Source: Octopus vulgaris
Lineage: Eukaryota
Length of the DNA: 64,000 bases
NCBI GenBank assembly: GCA_951406725.2
Contig: OX597840.1
Coordinates: 2,232,001-2,296,000 of the forward strand
Direction of reading: 5' to 3'
The notes beneath the pieces are model-generated. The model ran no database searches, was not told the origin of the DNA, and saw nothing but the letters and a program-made list of their open reading frames with translations. Made by a program: the position numbers and the translations under genes. Of this stretch, positions 26,936 to 43,752 are shown piece after piece. The first letter of the stretch is position 1; the number at the start of each line of letters is the position of its first letter.

Positions 26936-28443
26936 CTACCAGAATTGCCCGGCGTTGCTCGGGGCTGAATTGCTTGAAAGTACTGTTAATGATTGCACTG
27001 AATTATGATGATTATTCAGGCAAATATTGAAATAAGCTTACGGTGGGAGATAAGGACTTAACGCCAAACGTGTGCCATTGCATTGTTTTGGGGGAACCAA
27101 ATTTCTGATGAGCATTATAGGGGCACTAACTTTAAGTTTGAGAAAGTGTGGTGGTAGTCCGGGGTGCTCAAAGGAATTGAGTACCTCTATTGGATAGTTG
27201 ATGACGTCCTCTGGGTCAGGAGTTGTATCGATAGAGTGATATACATCGACTTCCCCAGGAATGAGTTTTAGCATTTCATCATTAATATGGTGAACAGTTT
27301 TATTTCTCGGGGCCAGTATAGCCTTTTTGCCAATCCAATCCATATTCTGATAATTAGCTTGTAAATCTGGGAACACTGCATCTCTGAGATCAGAAGGCGT
27401 CTTAACAATGGTACAAATGGAATCGATGGCAATATTACCATTTTCATCCCCTGGTATTTTGCCTTCGCCAAGTGCAAGGAGGGTGTGAGGAAATGCTGGT
27501 GATGTGATATTACGTCGCATATGAGCACGCATATTGGTGTGAAGTTTGAGAGTTACTTCCGTTTATTTTTAAAAATATGCATTAAAATGGAAAAAAATTA
27601 TGGTAAATTATTTGTAAAATCATAGACTCATCGTAGACGCGCGCTAATACCCAGAAGGGCTCGATATGAATCACGACTATAAGATACCCGGTTTTGGTTA
27701 AACTGCATCGCAAAATGTGGGAGTAGTTAGGAATCTAAATCGGAGTAGACAGACACACAACCTTTCTTTTATATATAAATACATACATACACACACACAT
27801 ACATACACACACACACACACACACATACATGCATACATACATATACACATAAACCAAGTAAAAAAAATTCAGTTATCTCTCTCTTTCACACATTACTCTC
27901 TCTGTCTCTTCACACACACTAACAGAAGCACCTCACTTACACAACATACTGTCTGTCTCCCACACTCCATCAAACACACACACACACACACACACATGTA
28001 CATCAATGAGTCCCATGCACGGTAACTTCAAAGGAACTTCCCTCGTCATACAATCGCTTTCTCTTAGTCTCTTTCGCTCTCATTACTTATGTAAAAAAAT
28101 AAAAAAATTTTCTATGTGTGTAAAGAGGAAGTGGGAGGCAGAGTGAAAGAATCACTCACTACAGTAAGTGAATTACTTTCATTTTATTCCTTGCCCACTG
28201 TGTGTGTGCGTTTGCGTGTGCTGTAAACCAGACTAAGAAAAGCATTTGACACACACACCAGAATGTGAGTTTTCTGTAAATTTTGCTTAATTGGAGTTTA
28301 AATTTTAAAAACTGGACCTGGCATGACCCGATGCATTCTACTCTTAAAAATGCTAAGTAAATTGTAATTGAAGAAATCCTATATTGTAGATTTCTATAAG
28401 TGACAAAGGGAGGCAGATAAAATCTGCCTTTTATAATAAGATT
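26936..28443 (-). mobile_element. Non-autonomous Helitron with helicase fragment, copy 1
   Basis: Same 3' hairpin ending GTAG|T; 5' end atcttattataaaaggc; inserted in (TA)n. Confidence 0.9.
27038..27550 (-). pseudogene. Helitron PIF1-family helicase fragment
   Basis: NMRAH, LLALGEG, AILAPRN..V..IN, YPIEVLNS..PGLPPH.LKLKV.APIMLIRNL...CNGTRL. Confidence 0.92.
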
Positions 28444-28445
28444 AT

Positions 28446-28567
<122 letters not shown>

Positions 28568-28570
28568 CAT

Positions 28571-28631
<61 letters not shown>

Positions 28632-30142
28632 CTACCAGAATTGCCCGGCGTTGCTCGGGGCTGAATTGCTTGAAAGTACTGTTAATGATTGCACTGAATT
28701 ATGATGATTATTCAGGCAAATATTGAAATAAGCTTACGGTGGGAGATAAGGACTTAACGCCAAACGTGTGCCATTGCATTGTTTTGGGGGAACCAAATTT
28801 CTGATGAGCATTATAGGGGCACTAACTTTAAGTTTGAGAAAGTGTGGTGGTAGTCCGGGGTGCTCAAAGGAATTGAGTACCTCTATTGGATAGTTGATGA
28901 CGTCCTCTGGGTCAGGAGTTGTATCGATAGAGTGATATACATCGACTTCCCCAGGAATGAGTTTTAGCATTTCATCATTAATATGGTGAACAGTTTTATT
29001 CCTCGGGGCCAGTATAGCCTTTTTGCCAATCCAATCCATATTCTGATAATTAGCTTGTAAATCTGGGAACACTGCATCTCTGAGATCAGAAGGCGTCTTA
29101 ACAATGGTACAAATGGAATCGATGGCAATATTACCATTTTCATCCCCTGGTATTTTGCCTTCGCCAAGTGCAAGGAGGGTGTGAGGAAATGCTGGTGATG
29201 TGATATTACGTCGCATATGAGCACGCATATTGGTGTGAAGTTTGAGAGTTACTTCCGTTTATTTTTAAAAATATGCATTAAAATGGAAAAAAATGATGGT
29301 AAATTATTTGTAAAATCATAGACTCATCGTAGACGCGCGCTAATACCCAGAAGGGCTCGATATGAATCACGACTATAAGATACCCGGTTTTGGTTAAACT
29401 GCATCGCAAAATGTGGGAGTAGTTAGGAATCTAAATCGGAGTAGACAGACACACAACCTTTCTTTTATATATAAATACATACATACACACACACATACAT
29501 ACACACACACACACACACATACATGCATACATACATATACACATAAACCGAGTAAAAAAATTCAGTTATCTCTCTCTTTCACACATTACTCTCTCTGTCT
29601 CTTCACACACACTAACAGAAGCACCTCACTTACACAACATACTGTCTGTCTCCCACACTCCATCAAACACACACACACACACACACACATGTACATCAAT
29701 GAGTCCCATGCACGGTAACTTCAAAGGAACTTCCCTCGTCATACAATCGCTTTCTCTTAGTCTCTTTCGCTCTCATTACTTATGTAAAAAAATAAAAATT
29801 TTTTCTTTGTGTGTAAAGAGGAAGTGGGAGGCAGAGTGAAAGAATCACTCACTACAGTAAGTGAATTACTTTCATTTTATTCCTTGCCCACTGTGTGTGT
29901 GCGTTTGCGTGTGCTGTAAACCAGACTAAGAAAAGCATTTGACACACACACCAGAATGTGAGTTTTCTGTAAATTTTGCTTAATTGGAGTTTAAATTTTA
30001 AAAACTGGACCTGGCATGACGCGATGCATTGTACTCTCAAAACTGCTAGGTAAATTGTAATTGAAGAAATCCTATATTGTAGATTTGTATAACTCCAAAA
30101 GGGAGGCAGATAAAATCTGCCTTTTATAATAAGATTATAATA

Positions 30143-30148
<6 letters not shown>
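28632..30148 (-). mobile_element. Non-autonomous Helitron with helicase fragment, copy 2
   Basis: Near-identical tandem copy offset by 1696 bp. Confidence 0.9.
28734..29246 (-). pseudogene. Helitron PIF1-family helicase fragment (duplicate)
   Basis: 164-aa ORF identical to 27038-27532. Confidence 0.92.
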
Positions 30149-30194
<46 letters not shown>

Positions 30195-30924
30195 GTCTGA
30201 ACATGCGAGAACTCGGTGTGCTGGTGGTGGGCTGTATAATGTTTTTTTTCTGGCTTCATGATCAATAACCGTTACGAAATAAGTACTATATATACATGTA
30301 GACATGCTTCAGGCGTGGATCTGAAAATTTTTAATCGCTTGCAATTAGAAACCTATTTCAAGAAAGGTTACTCATTAATTTTGAATGCGGCGTTATTCTT
30401 ACGATATTTACATCAGCGAATTTCAAAACGATTTCAATTAAAAAAAAACGATCTGAATATTCGTGGCATAAGATAAGTGTGTCTATGTTAACTTTTTGAT
30501 ATGTATCTTGATGCGAGTGAAAGTAGTTGGTAAGTATATCATATCCTCTCCCGAGCCTGAACCAATTTTTTGTTAAACTCTGAGTAAGATAATGTGATAT
30601 AAGTTATTGTACAAAGGACAACACCTTCAGCCAAGTAAAATAATGGATATTTTCTGCTTTGTGCATTCCTAATAAGCAAAAATTAGCGGAAAACATATTT
30701 TCTTACTTGAGGCAGTGAAAGGAATAAAAATTTCAATTTCAAGAGTTTTCAACTACAATAAGTTGATTAATTCAATAAACGCGAATGTGTGCTTGTATGT
30801 GGACGTAGAAAGAGTTCCATAAGTCCCAATCCGCCCTGTATGTACATATATGTGTATACACGTATAAGAGTGTGTATACATATATATATATATGAAATAT
30901 ATATTTAATATAAATATATATAAA

Positions 30925-31222
30925 TTTATTTATGCGCCCTTTTCAAGCCTAGCCAGGCTCATGGACCCGGTTTCCGGTTTCTATGGCGTATGTGTTCCCC
31001 CCAGCTCGACGGGACGCCAGTCCATCGCAGCGTTATCCAAGAAACAGGAAGAAAGAGTGCGAGAAAGGGCGAAGAGTTCCACAGGGGTTGCCACCACCCG
31101 CTGCCTGAGCCTCGTGGAGCTTTAGGGGTTTTCGCTTAATAAACACGCACAACGACCGGTCTGACAATCAAAACTGCGATCCTCCGACCGCGAGTACGCT
31201 GCCCTAACCGCTGGGCCCTAAC

Positions 31223-31223
<1 letters not shown>
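30925..31223 (-). mobile_element. SINE head B + tail Z
   Basis: Homologous to 15754-16053. Confidence 0.85.
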
Positions 31224-31509
<286 letters not shown>

Positions 31510-33245
31510 CAAAGGATAGAGAGGTGTCAATTCATTCCGGCCGTTTCTTAAGAACTTTATAATTGATCAATGAGTGCGTTACAAAAAAAAAAATGTCTTC
31601 TCCAGATGAATACACGAATTTTACAATTGGGGACATAAAAAAAAAAATTAATCCACGGCATGTGCATATTCGATGATTCCACGATCGTCGCTTAACCTTC
31701 CCCGTACGTGTTCCGATGCATATAAAGGACCGTACATCTAATAAAATGTACGTTTCTGAATTAGCCCAAGATCTGATGACTCAGTTCGGTTCAGTTAATT
31801 GCATAGAATAACCTAGATATCCTTCGGTCAGAACTTCTGTACCAACGTTCGTAGTCGTCTATAACTGCTGTGTATACATTTTAATTCTGACCTAATCCGG
31901 TGTCTTACATTTAAGTGGCTTATTGGTCTGAATCTTAATATTGTGTGTATATATATATATATATTACCCCTAGACCGTTTAGATGTTATGGTAAGCTGTA
32001 TATATTTATGGATTTAGCTGGGAGATTATAGATTATGCTGATGGAGTGCTGGCAATAATCTCACTATGATCTAGCAGTGGTTGCTTACAATGCATTTGTG
32101 GTTGGGGGAATCTAGGGCTTAAACGATTTCTGTGGAATATAAGGGACTAATAGTTTGAAATTCAAACAGAGGAACATCTTTGATAACGGCCGTACATTGA
32201 ATAATGCTACCTCCTGATGAATACTGAAGCTTGTTTCGGCTGTTGCAATAGTTTAAGTATAATATAATTAAGTAAGTAGTGTAATATAATTAATTAGTTT
32301 AATATAATTAAGTTGTTTAATATAATTAAGTAAGAGTTTAGTAACACTAAATTGAAAAGCGGTGAAGTTGTTAATTTCAGTCTGGGGTTTTAGGATAAAG
32401 CAGAACCGGGAAGTGTAATTTTTACCTCTCTCTACAACCGAAGGAATCCATACGTTGCGTATTTTCTTCGGTGTATTAGTTATTCCTGTGTAGTGTATAT
32501 TCGTACGGACAATGTTTCCATAGGGAACCTGTGATAACTGATCTTTACGATAGCACCACAGCAAACACTGCTATCTGTGTCAATCTCTTAAATGCGTTCC
32601 CGATACACGTTAGACAAAGGTTATGCAAATCATGTTTTGTAGATACGTATGATCGTAGTCAGAATGAAAGAATTCTAGCGAGAGAGAAATAATAAAACTA
32701 TCGTAAGGCAATTAGCGATATCTGTTTCTTGGCGCACACCTATGAGAGGGAAAAGGAAACGCTGGCTAAAGAAAGCATATGGGATATACGAGCCGGAACG
32801 AATAGTTTCATAAACTGCATTTTGTGGGAATGCTGAAAAAATCTCAGCCATTGCTGTCCAATAAACAATACATATCGTCATTGATATTTCTAAAGTGTCT
32901 ATGTATATATACATATATATGTGTGTGTGAGTGTGTGTGTGTGTTTGTGTGCGTGTGTGTGCGTGTATCTATCTGTCTGTCTGTCCTTACGTATTACTTT
33001 TTCTATGTATGTATGTATATATGCAGACATACTTATATATATATATATGTATAAATATATATATATTTATATACATGCATAAATATATACACACGCCAAT
33101 GTACATATACTTCAACATACAAATATGTATACATAATATATGTACACATGCAGACATACTTATATGTATAAGCCTGTATATTTATATGTATATATATGTA
33201 TATGTATGTATTTATATGTATATATATGTATGTATATATATATAC

Positions 33246-33285
<40 letters not shown>

Positions 33286-33957
33286 TTATGTACATTTGTA
33301 TCTACATAAATATTCATATTTATGGTTATCAATTTATATAAAGAGTTTTATATATTTCAATATCGACACTGCATATATATATACATATATATATGTGTAT
33401 ATATATATAAATATTTATATATTCATATTTATATATATATAGGTAGGTAGGTATGTATATATACACATGTGTGTGCCTGTGTGTATGTGGTTGTATGCAT
33501 ATATATATATATACATATACATACATAATACATACATACATACATACATACACATCTATACATACATACATCTGTCAGAATGTAACACGTATTTGTAATA
33601 TTCACAGATATAACATTACAACCCCATTGTGAAATCAGTTAATAAACGGGCACCGTTCACCGTTGACCCTTTCAGTGAAGTTGCTATGCTTAATTTGTGT
33701 CTAGTGAGCGTTGTATATCTACTTCTTTACGTTAATTTCCCTTTGCCTCTACACATATACCACGGTGTAGGTATATGTGCGTTTACGCGTGTGCTTATCT
33801 GTGTGTATATACGTTTATGCGTGCGCATGCGTGAGCTTATCTGTGTGTATATATAATAATTCGTATTTTCGCATGCGTGTATACATATATATGTGTATAT
33901 ATATATATATATATACGCATATTTATATGTATATGTAAATGCATATCTATATGTATG

Positions 33958-34047
<90 letters not shown>

Positions 34048-34324
34048 ATTATACATATCATTTTGTGTATTTAAACACATACATACACAGAGAAATATAT
34101 ATAGTTATATATATATGTATATACGTTTAAGTGACCATTCCGAAATATAACAATATATGTATATATATATATATATATGTATAAATTTGCATATAAGCAT
34201 GCATATATGCAGATATACATACATACATAAATATATATATACATATGCAAGCATATATATACATATATATATATATACAGTTATATGTAAATTTACGTAT
34301 ATGTTTATACATATTTGTACATAC

Positions 34325-34410
<86 letters not shown>

Positions 34411-34676
34411 ATACATATATATTTATATGTATGTAAGTATACATACATCCGCTCATACACACACACACACGTACATATACAAAGTCATACTAGAGGGAAG
34501 TTTTACAGATTTGCATCCTGCAATGTGCATATATATAACATATGTGTTTGTATGTAGTCACGTGAGTAAATGTATATATACATGTGTGTGTTTGCATGCA
34601 TGTGCACTCGTATATGCATATTAATCACGTACATACATGTACATTTAAAATATATATGTATATATATTTATACATA

Positions 34677-34748
<72 letters not shown>

Positions 34749-35037
34749 TATACATATATGTATGTGTATGTATATATGTATGTATGCATGTAGGTATATA
34801 TGAATGTACTTGTATATAAGTGTATAAAAGTGTAGGTTTGTCAGCTGTTTTGGTGGTGCTGTGTAATGTTTATGATGTGCAAAAATGGTGCCGAGGGAAC
34901 AGGTTTTTCCAATTTCATTCTCTATTACATTTTGGCAGCCAGTGAGACTTAAGACTAACACACTACGCCACAGACCGGTTAGGAATATATTGTTCTATGA
35001 CTGTGTGCATAAACGTGTATATATATATATATATATA

Positions 35038-35081
<44 letters not shown>

Positions 35082-35326
35082 GTAGGTCCGGTTGATTCGG
35101 GTTAACACAGTATATGGTATAATATATATATAAAATCTATATATATATATATGTGTATATATATAAATATATTTATATATATATATATACATACATACAT
35201 ATATATATATTTATCTACACACTCAAACACACACACTCACACTCATATATATATATATATAAAATGCGTCTATGAATGTACTTACGTAACTATATACATA
35301 TATACATATATATATATATATGTATG

Positions 35327-35369
<43 letters not shown>

Positions 35370-35565
35370 CCACCTATGTATGGACTTATGTAACTATATA
35401 CATATATATACATAGGTATATATGTATAGAAATATATATGTGTGTGTGTGTGTATGAGTGTGTATGTATGTGAATATATTTCTTTGCGCGCAAGTGCGTG
35501 ATTTTGTGTCTCTATTAATAGTGTGTACATTAATTTGTAAATTTGTATGTGTGTGTAAACATGCC

Positions 35566-35625
<60 letters not shown>

Positions 35626-36042
35626 TGTCTATGTGTGTTTGTGTCAGTGTGTATAAGTACATATAAACCGCTATATGCCATGCTTTGTACAGAGAAATAT
35701 AAAGAGATTTCTTCACACAGACAGCTGTATACATCTGTGTTTGGTGTGTGTTTCTGTATGTTCGTGCGTGTGCGCCCTTTGTACCTCACCGTGTGCTATT
35801 GTGTACATGTGTACGGGTGTTTATCGGGCAAGAATTAATCTTTAATTGGCGTTTGATTTATAAGAGAATTATCAAATTTCTATTAGTGTTCCTTGGTTTT
35901 ATGTCTTCATTCGTTGGCATTTCTCATAAGCTACCCTATTGGCACTTGCTCATATATACAGACGGACACACACTCTCTCTCGCACACACACTTATATTTG
36001 ACTATATCTGTATATATATATATATACATATATACACTTACC

Positions 36043-36073
<31 letters not shown>

Positions 36074-36327
36074 GTATATATATATATATGTAGAGAGAGA
36101 GAGAGATTACTAGCTAGATAAACAGATACATACATACATAGGTACATAATACATACCTAGTTATCTATATACATCTCTCCCTCTCTCTCTCTGAATTTGG
36201 CTGTATATATATACATAGATAGATATATTGATAGATAGATAGATAGATATACATAGATATGTACATATACATATATACCTATATATTTGTGTATGTATAT
36301 ATGTATATATGTATTTATATATGTATG

Positions 36328-36361
<34 letters not shown>

Positions 36362-37092
36362 TGTATGTATGTATGTATGTATAAAAGCTTATAAAAGCTT
36401 ATATATTATATATTCTGTCATATGTATATCTTTCTAGATGGCTGAATGTGAGTTCGTCCTTTAAATTGGAGTCATTTAAACTGGAGTCATTTCCAAAGAT
36501 TTCTACCGTTGTATCTTCATACTCTACTTTTAAATTTCACAATGTAAATTAGTTTAGATATGAAAACTTATATGTAAAAATATTAAGTATACGATTTAAC
36601 TTATTAAACACAGTCCAACAAATTCATTCATATTTTATGTAAATAGAGAAGATTGATTGTTAAAATGGATTATTTTTTATTACTCATTCAAATTCTTTCG
36701 TACAGAAAACACAGAGTGTCTCATATTAGAAAATCCGTCTTATCAGCAAGCAGTCTTCGGTAGCTAAGATAAAAACAAAAATTAAGTTAGACTTACATAG
36801 CTATAGTGTTATTACATAGCTATAGTGTTATTATTTTGCATTGTGTTCTGGTTTTTGGTGTCATGGCTCCCTTAAACAAGAGTCTTGTACACGATGGAAT
36901 GTACAGCGTGAGTGACAACTCATGGTAGTCATAGACGTTAAATACTAGTCTAAGCGGTCGGCCTTAACCTGGAACATAACTGAGAGCCATCGGGGTATCC
37001 ACCTGGACAATATATCTAAGCTCACATGAAATTATATATATATATATATGCATGTATGTATGTATATGTATCTAAATATGAATATACATACA

Positions 37093-37138
<46 letters not shown>

Positions 37139-37223
37139 AATATTTGTGAAATTTGATTTAGTATTTCTAAATTGAATTTTTCCCTGTAAGTTTGGAATAA
37201 TATTCCCTCATATTATTATTATA

Positions 37224-37268
<45 letters not shown>

Positions 37269-37271
<3 letters not shown>

Positions 37272-38831
37272 TCCCTCTTTCAGAGCTTCCTTGCAGCTGG
37301 CAAACTTCCAAGAAAACTGAAGGAAGGTAAAATATGCCCTATTCATAAAGGAGGTAGCAGAGCGGAAGCCAAGAACTACAGACCTATCTCTCTGACCTCA
37401 CACATCAGCAAGGTCATGGAACGAATAGTCAGAAGGAAACTGATCACCTTCCTTGAAGAAAATGCCTTGCTGCCTGACACCCAACATGGTTTCCGACCAG
37501 GAAGAAGCTGCTTAACCCAGCTCCTACAACACTATGACTGGGTGCTTAAACGACTGCTCAACCACTCAAATGTGGAAGTGATATATCTCGACTTTGCAAA
37601 GGCCTTTGATAAAGTCGATCATGGAATGATATGTCACAAACTGCGTGATCTTAGCTTGGTTGGGAAACTGAGAGAATGGCTTCATGACTTTCTGAAAGAT
37701 AGAAGTCAGGTGGTAGTAGCCAATGGGGCCACTTCCATTAACACTCAAATAGTGAGCGGTGTTCCGCAGGGCACTGTTTTGGGACCACTACTGTTCATAA
37801 TGGCCCTCTCAGACATGCCCTCAGCCACGCACAGAGCCACAATCACAAGTTATGCAGATGATACAATAGTTTCACAGGCAATACAGAACCCTGAGGACAC
37901 TAAACGCCTGCAATGTGAGCTGGACAAAATATACAAGTGGGCTGAAAAGAATAGCATGCAGTTCAATGCTGAAAAGTTTCAAGCTTTATACTATCAGCAT
38001 GCCGAACTAAATGCAATACCCAATGAATACACTAGACCCGGAGGAATTGCAATCCCAGAGGCACAATCAGTGCGTGACCTGGGTATTTACATGAGTGATG
38101 ACGCAACCTTTCATGTACATGTTGCTAAATTGGCAATGAAATGTAGACGACTGGCCGGATGGATTCTCAGAACCTTTAGAACAAGAGAACAAGAAACCAT
38201 GATGGTCCTCTGAAGGACACTTGTCCTAAGCCACTTTGACTATTGCTCTCAGCTATGGTCACCATCCAGTGTCAAGTTGATCACAGAACTTGAGGCGATC
38301 CAACGTAGCTACACGAAGAAGATAGCCTCTGTGCAGAATATAAGCTACTGGGAAAGACTCAAGAGATTAAAACTCTATTCCTTGGAGCGTAGGCGAGAAA
38401 GATATGCCATAATATACATCTGGAAGATCCTTGAGAGACTTGTCCCAAACTTTGGCACCGAGAGTTACACAAATGCCAGAATTGGGCGCCACTGCGTGGT
38501 GCCTAGGACTCCAAGTTTGCCATCAAGATGTAGGACAATATACTGTGATAGCCTGGGCTTCCGAGGCCCACAGCTCTTCAATATCCTCCCGAAGAACCTA
38601 AGAGACCTGCATGGGGTTGATGCAGATGTCTTTAAAATGAAACTGGATCTCTTCTTGTCAGGTATCCCAGATGAACCAACTTCACGGCAGGAGGTGCAGA
38701 TGAGGGCAGCTGCATCGAACTCTCTCATGCACCAAATGGCAATTGCTAAAAAGCATTCGTGAAGTAAAACCATGTAGCAACACCAAATGGCGTTGCCCCA
38801 GCATGGCCACAGCTCGTGAGCTGAAACTAGA
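37269..38831 (+). mobile_element. 5'-truncated CR1/L2-group LINE with reverse-transcriptase domain
   Basis: NYRPISLTS, QHGFRPGRSC, YLDFAKAFDKVDH, SGVPQGTVLGP, YADD; open frame 37269-38762 except TGA at 38211-38213; short 3' UTR. Confidence 0.95.
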
Positions 38832-38935
38832 ATCAATCATATATATATATATATGTGTGTATTTATATACATATATACATATATATATACATATGCTTGT
38901 ATATGTATGCGTAAATATATATATGCGTGTGTTTT

Positions 38936-38992
<57 letters not shown>

Positions 38993-38995
<3 letters not shown>

Positions 38996-39193
38996 GCACG
39001 GACTTTGTCAGTGAACAGGTCGCGGATTTTAGCGACGAAAATATTTTGACAAATTAAACTTAAATGTTGGAGTGAATCGAACGGCTTTTGTGTGTTTCTT
39101 AAATGGCTTATAAACACCTCCCACGCTGCAATTGTTTTCGTTTCAGCACACGATCTCAGATCAAATTACTTGCTATGCGAGTACATCTCCGTA
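38993..39193 (+). mobile_element. ~200-bp TA-embedded element with variant hammerhead
   Basis: Near-identical second copy at 47818-48018 with the same ends. Confidence 0.8.
39004..39053 (+). ncRNA. Hammerhead motif with G3-C8 compensatory core
   Basis: TTTGTCA-GTGAACA-g-GTCGC ggatttta GCGAC-GAAA-atat-TT-TGACAAA. Confidence 0.65.
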
Positions 39194-39625
39194 ATATATA
39201 TATATATATATACATATATATAAATATATATGAGTGTAAGTGCATATATATATGCACACACACATACAGACACACAAGAAAAATTTGGATTAAAAAACAC
39301 TGGCAGATATCAATGAAGCGCTCGGTATTAAAAGAATTTGATTGTAAATATTCAACAATCAGATACCAGTAAGTATATGTAGAATACATATCCCAGGTAA
39401 ATTCAACTATGTATGTATGTAAATACGATGGACTTCTTACCTTTCCCATCTATTAAACTGACTTACAAGTTTCGGTGTAATCTATAAATTAATAGAAAAT
39501 ACGCAGATTTCCATGCGGTAGGATTGAACCAGGAACCTTGCGGTTGGTATACACTGTCTTACCACAGAGCCAAATCCCACGTCGACAGATAATAGACATA
39601 CCAGTTCTCAAAGGAAATATATAAA

Positions 39626-39767
<142 letters not shown>

Positions 39768-40229
39768 CAGGGTGGTTTAACTGTTAAAGCTGGGGTATAT
39801 TAACTTGGAGAGTTGGAAAGGTACGACTTTTCCACCTTTCCAGAAAGAACCTCTTGTACCCTCGTCACCCACCTGAATTTTCCTTGCACATGGATCTCTA
39901 AAACCACGGTGCTCTTTTCTATGTGAAAGAGGGTGGTGAGGTACTCTGGTACGAAAATCAGGAAAAAATGTTTAGTTTTCAAAGGGTTTTTATTAAGTTA
40001 GGTATACTGCAACATAAATATATTTCGGATTATTGTTTTTAAACACTTGTGAACATTACTGAGTTAATAATATGGGACATATATTTATAGTTTGTGTAAT
40101 CGGAGTGTTTGTATCTGTGTGTGTATGTTTGTGTATAAGTATATATCACTACAGATATAGATAGAAAGATACACGTGTATATATATACACACACACATAA
40201 ATATATTATATAAACTTGCCAGCGTAACT

Positions 40230-40600
<371 letters not shown>

Positions 40601-40620
40601 GTAAAATCTCTCTCTCTATG

Positions 40621-40653
<33 letters not shown>

Positions 40654-40969
40654 ACATATATGTGTGTACACGTTATATTCTGTATATAGACACGTATGTA
40701 CACATACACTTTCACACCCAAACACACACACTGAGAGAGAGAGACACAGACACATAGACTTTAAATGGATAATAAAGGAAAGAACAAAATTATAGTCGAG
40801 TGATGTTGTTGATTGAGAGTGAATGAAAGAAAACCCAGTGTGGGCAGAATAAAGAGATATATAAATGTATATATAAAGAGAGAGAGAGAGAGGGAGAAAG
40901 GGAGAGAGAAAATATTGAATTGAGCGACATAGAGAGAAAAGTAGTTAAATTAACAGGGTCAAAGATTTA

Positions 40970-41007
<38 letters not shown>

Positions 41008-41418
41008 TATACATACACACACATGAATGTGCATGGGGGAATGTGTGTGGATGTTTTATACACACACCCACACACATATATATATATATTTTTATATATA
41101 TATTTAAACTGCCAAGCGAAGGTATATTTTGATACATATACACACACACACATTGATTGATTGAGTGAGTGAGAGACTGATTGATTGATTGATTGAGAGA
41201 AAGAGAGAGACAGAGAGAGAGAGAGAAAGAGAGAGAATGGAATTGGTGTGAAAGAGTGTGAGACAGACTTGCAGACAGATACGGTAAAAGAAACAGTTAG
41301 GGACAGACTCAGAAATATAGCAAAGAGTCGCGAAAAGAAAATTAGAGAGAAAGGGAAACTGGCAGAAAGAGGGAAAATGAGAGAGAGTGAGAAAGTGTGT
41401 GTGTGTGTATGTGTGTGT

Positions 41419-41464
<46 letters not shown>

Positions 41465-41944
41465 CTGTGTGTTTGTATGGGTGGAAGGGACACAGAAAAT
41501 CAGGGAGGGAGAGAAAGAGAAGGATAGAGTGAAAGAGAAGGACAAGAGGAAAGAGAAGGACGAAGAGAAAGTGAGGCGGGCAGAATGATATAGAGATTGC
41601 TAGGGAGAGAGAACAACTGAGAGAGAGAGAGAGAGAGTAAACGAACTAGAAGGCAAGAAATCAAAGCGACGCTTGCTATTTTGATCTCGGTCAATTTATC
41701 AGAGATATTTACGGAAACGTAGCTTTTAAACCGCCACAAAACCACAAGCTGAACAACGAAATTCGTGATAGCGGTATTATTTCAAAGTGTTAAGGTACGG
41801 TAAACAATAAAGACAGGGGAAGGTAATTGTGACTAGGAAATATAGAAGGTAGAAATGCGTGCGCAATAAACTCTGGCAACGGCCATTTTGGCAGAAGGTC
41901 ACGCGCGTCGCCATTTTACCATACGAGTAGAGAAGCATAGATTT

Positions 41945-42335
41945 ATGTATGTATGTATGTGTGGACGTTTGTATGCGTACGCAAGAACATATGAGTCTAT
42001 GTAGATGTGTTTGTGTATATCTGTATGTGCAAGTATGAACATAGGAATCTATGTAGGTATGTGTGTATGTATATTTGTAATTGTAGGTATGAACATATGA
42101 ATTTATGCATGTATGTATGTATGTATGTATGTATGTATGTATGTATGTATGTATGTATGTATGTATGTATGTGTGGACGTTTGTATGCATACGTAAGAAC
42201 ATATGAGTCTATGTAGATGTGTTTGTGGATATCTGTATGTGCAAGTATGAACATAGGAATCTATGTAGGTATGTGTGTATGTACATTTGTAATTGTAGGT
42301 ATGAATATATGAATCTATGCAGGTATGTATGCATG
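41945..42335. repeat. ~212-bp tandem duplication of decayed (TATG)n-derived sequence
   Basis: gtgtggacgtttgtatgc...gaacataggaatctatgtagg starts at 41959 and again at 42171. Confidence 0.85.
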
Positions 42336-42962
42336 TGTGTATTTCTGTCTCTATGTATACATATGAATATATGCATGTACGTATGTACGCGTGTATGTAG
42401 ATCGCTCTGAGTTCGTATGAATATATGAATTTGTGTGGATGTATGTGTGCATATAAGTGCATAAGGATTATTCTTATGCACATATATATGTATGTATGTA
42501 TGCATATATGTATGTGTGTGTATTCGTATGTAGGTGTAAGTATGTATGCGTATGTCTCACTTCATTTTTTTCTATCAGGTTACTGCGTGTGAGAGTATAT
42601 GTGTAAGTATGTAAGTATATGTGTATAAATATATGTATAGTGATATTTTTATGTATATATATATTCATATGCGTTGTGACTTCATGAATATATGTATGTG
42701 GGTGTAAGTCTGTGTGTACGTGTGTCTGTATATGTGGGTGTGAGATATTACATATGTCTCTATTTCTCGCCCTCCCCCCGCTGTATGCATTTATACATTC
42801 ATATATAGAGATATACGGATATATTTCTATATTTCTATATATGCACATGTATATGTATATGTATATGTGTGTGTGTGGGCGTGTATGTGCATATATATTT
42901 ATATATATAATGGCAGATATACAAAAGCATATTGACTCCTTGTGACACGCTCACAAAATCGT

Positions 42963-43053
<91 letters not shown>

Positions 43054-43691
43054 AGAAATTTATATGAATAGATATACACACACGTATACATATGCATTCA
43101 GACAATACCCTCATCCTTTTATACACATACATAGATACCTACACATATATACATATACATATATATATATATATACATACTTGCATATATATATATACAT
43201 ACATACGTATACATTTTCTATTATGTGTTATATTATTTCCTTTCTCACTGCTGTTTGCTTTATAACTGGATAACTGAGGGGAAGAAAAAAATTTTTGACA
43301 TAAAACTGTTTTTTTTATATTATATCTTTTCTCTTTTTCCCCCCTTTTTCTTCCGTCCCCCCTCCACCTACCTCTTTGGCGAAATAATTACTTTCGCTTT
43401 TCTCTTCGAGGAGAGCTTAATGGAATTCTTTATACCGTTTCTGGAAATAGTTGTCTTGCTAAAATAGTTCCGTGTCGTTCTTGTTCTTACTCAGTTACGC
43501 TTGCTTTTGTTGTTATTGCTGTCTTTGTTGTTGTTGTTGCTGTTGTGGTGGCCGTGGTGGTGGTGGTGGTGGTGGTGTTGGTGTTGATGGTGATGGTGGG
43601 CGTTGCGTTTGCGGTCGTGACGGTGTTGGCGATTGTCGTATGGTCGTCGATATTGTACTTGTCTACGTTGTCATTAAAGATTCGGAGGCAG

Positions 43692-43752
<61 letters not shown>

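Noticed and set aside
30270-30841. Tc1/mariner-like single ends (TA-CAGGG; also ~39766 and ~56520)
   Set aside because: No partner TIR or transposase found, so not callable
31770-32250. Isolated CTGATGA heptamers (also at ~54225 on the minus strand)
   Set aside because: No correctly placed GAAA or stems; expected by chance
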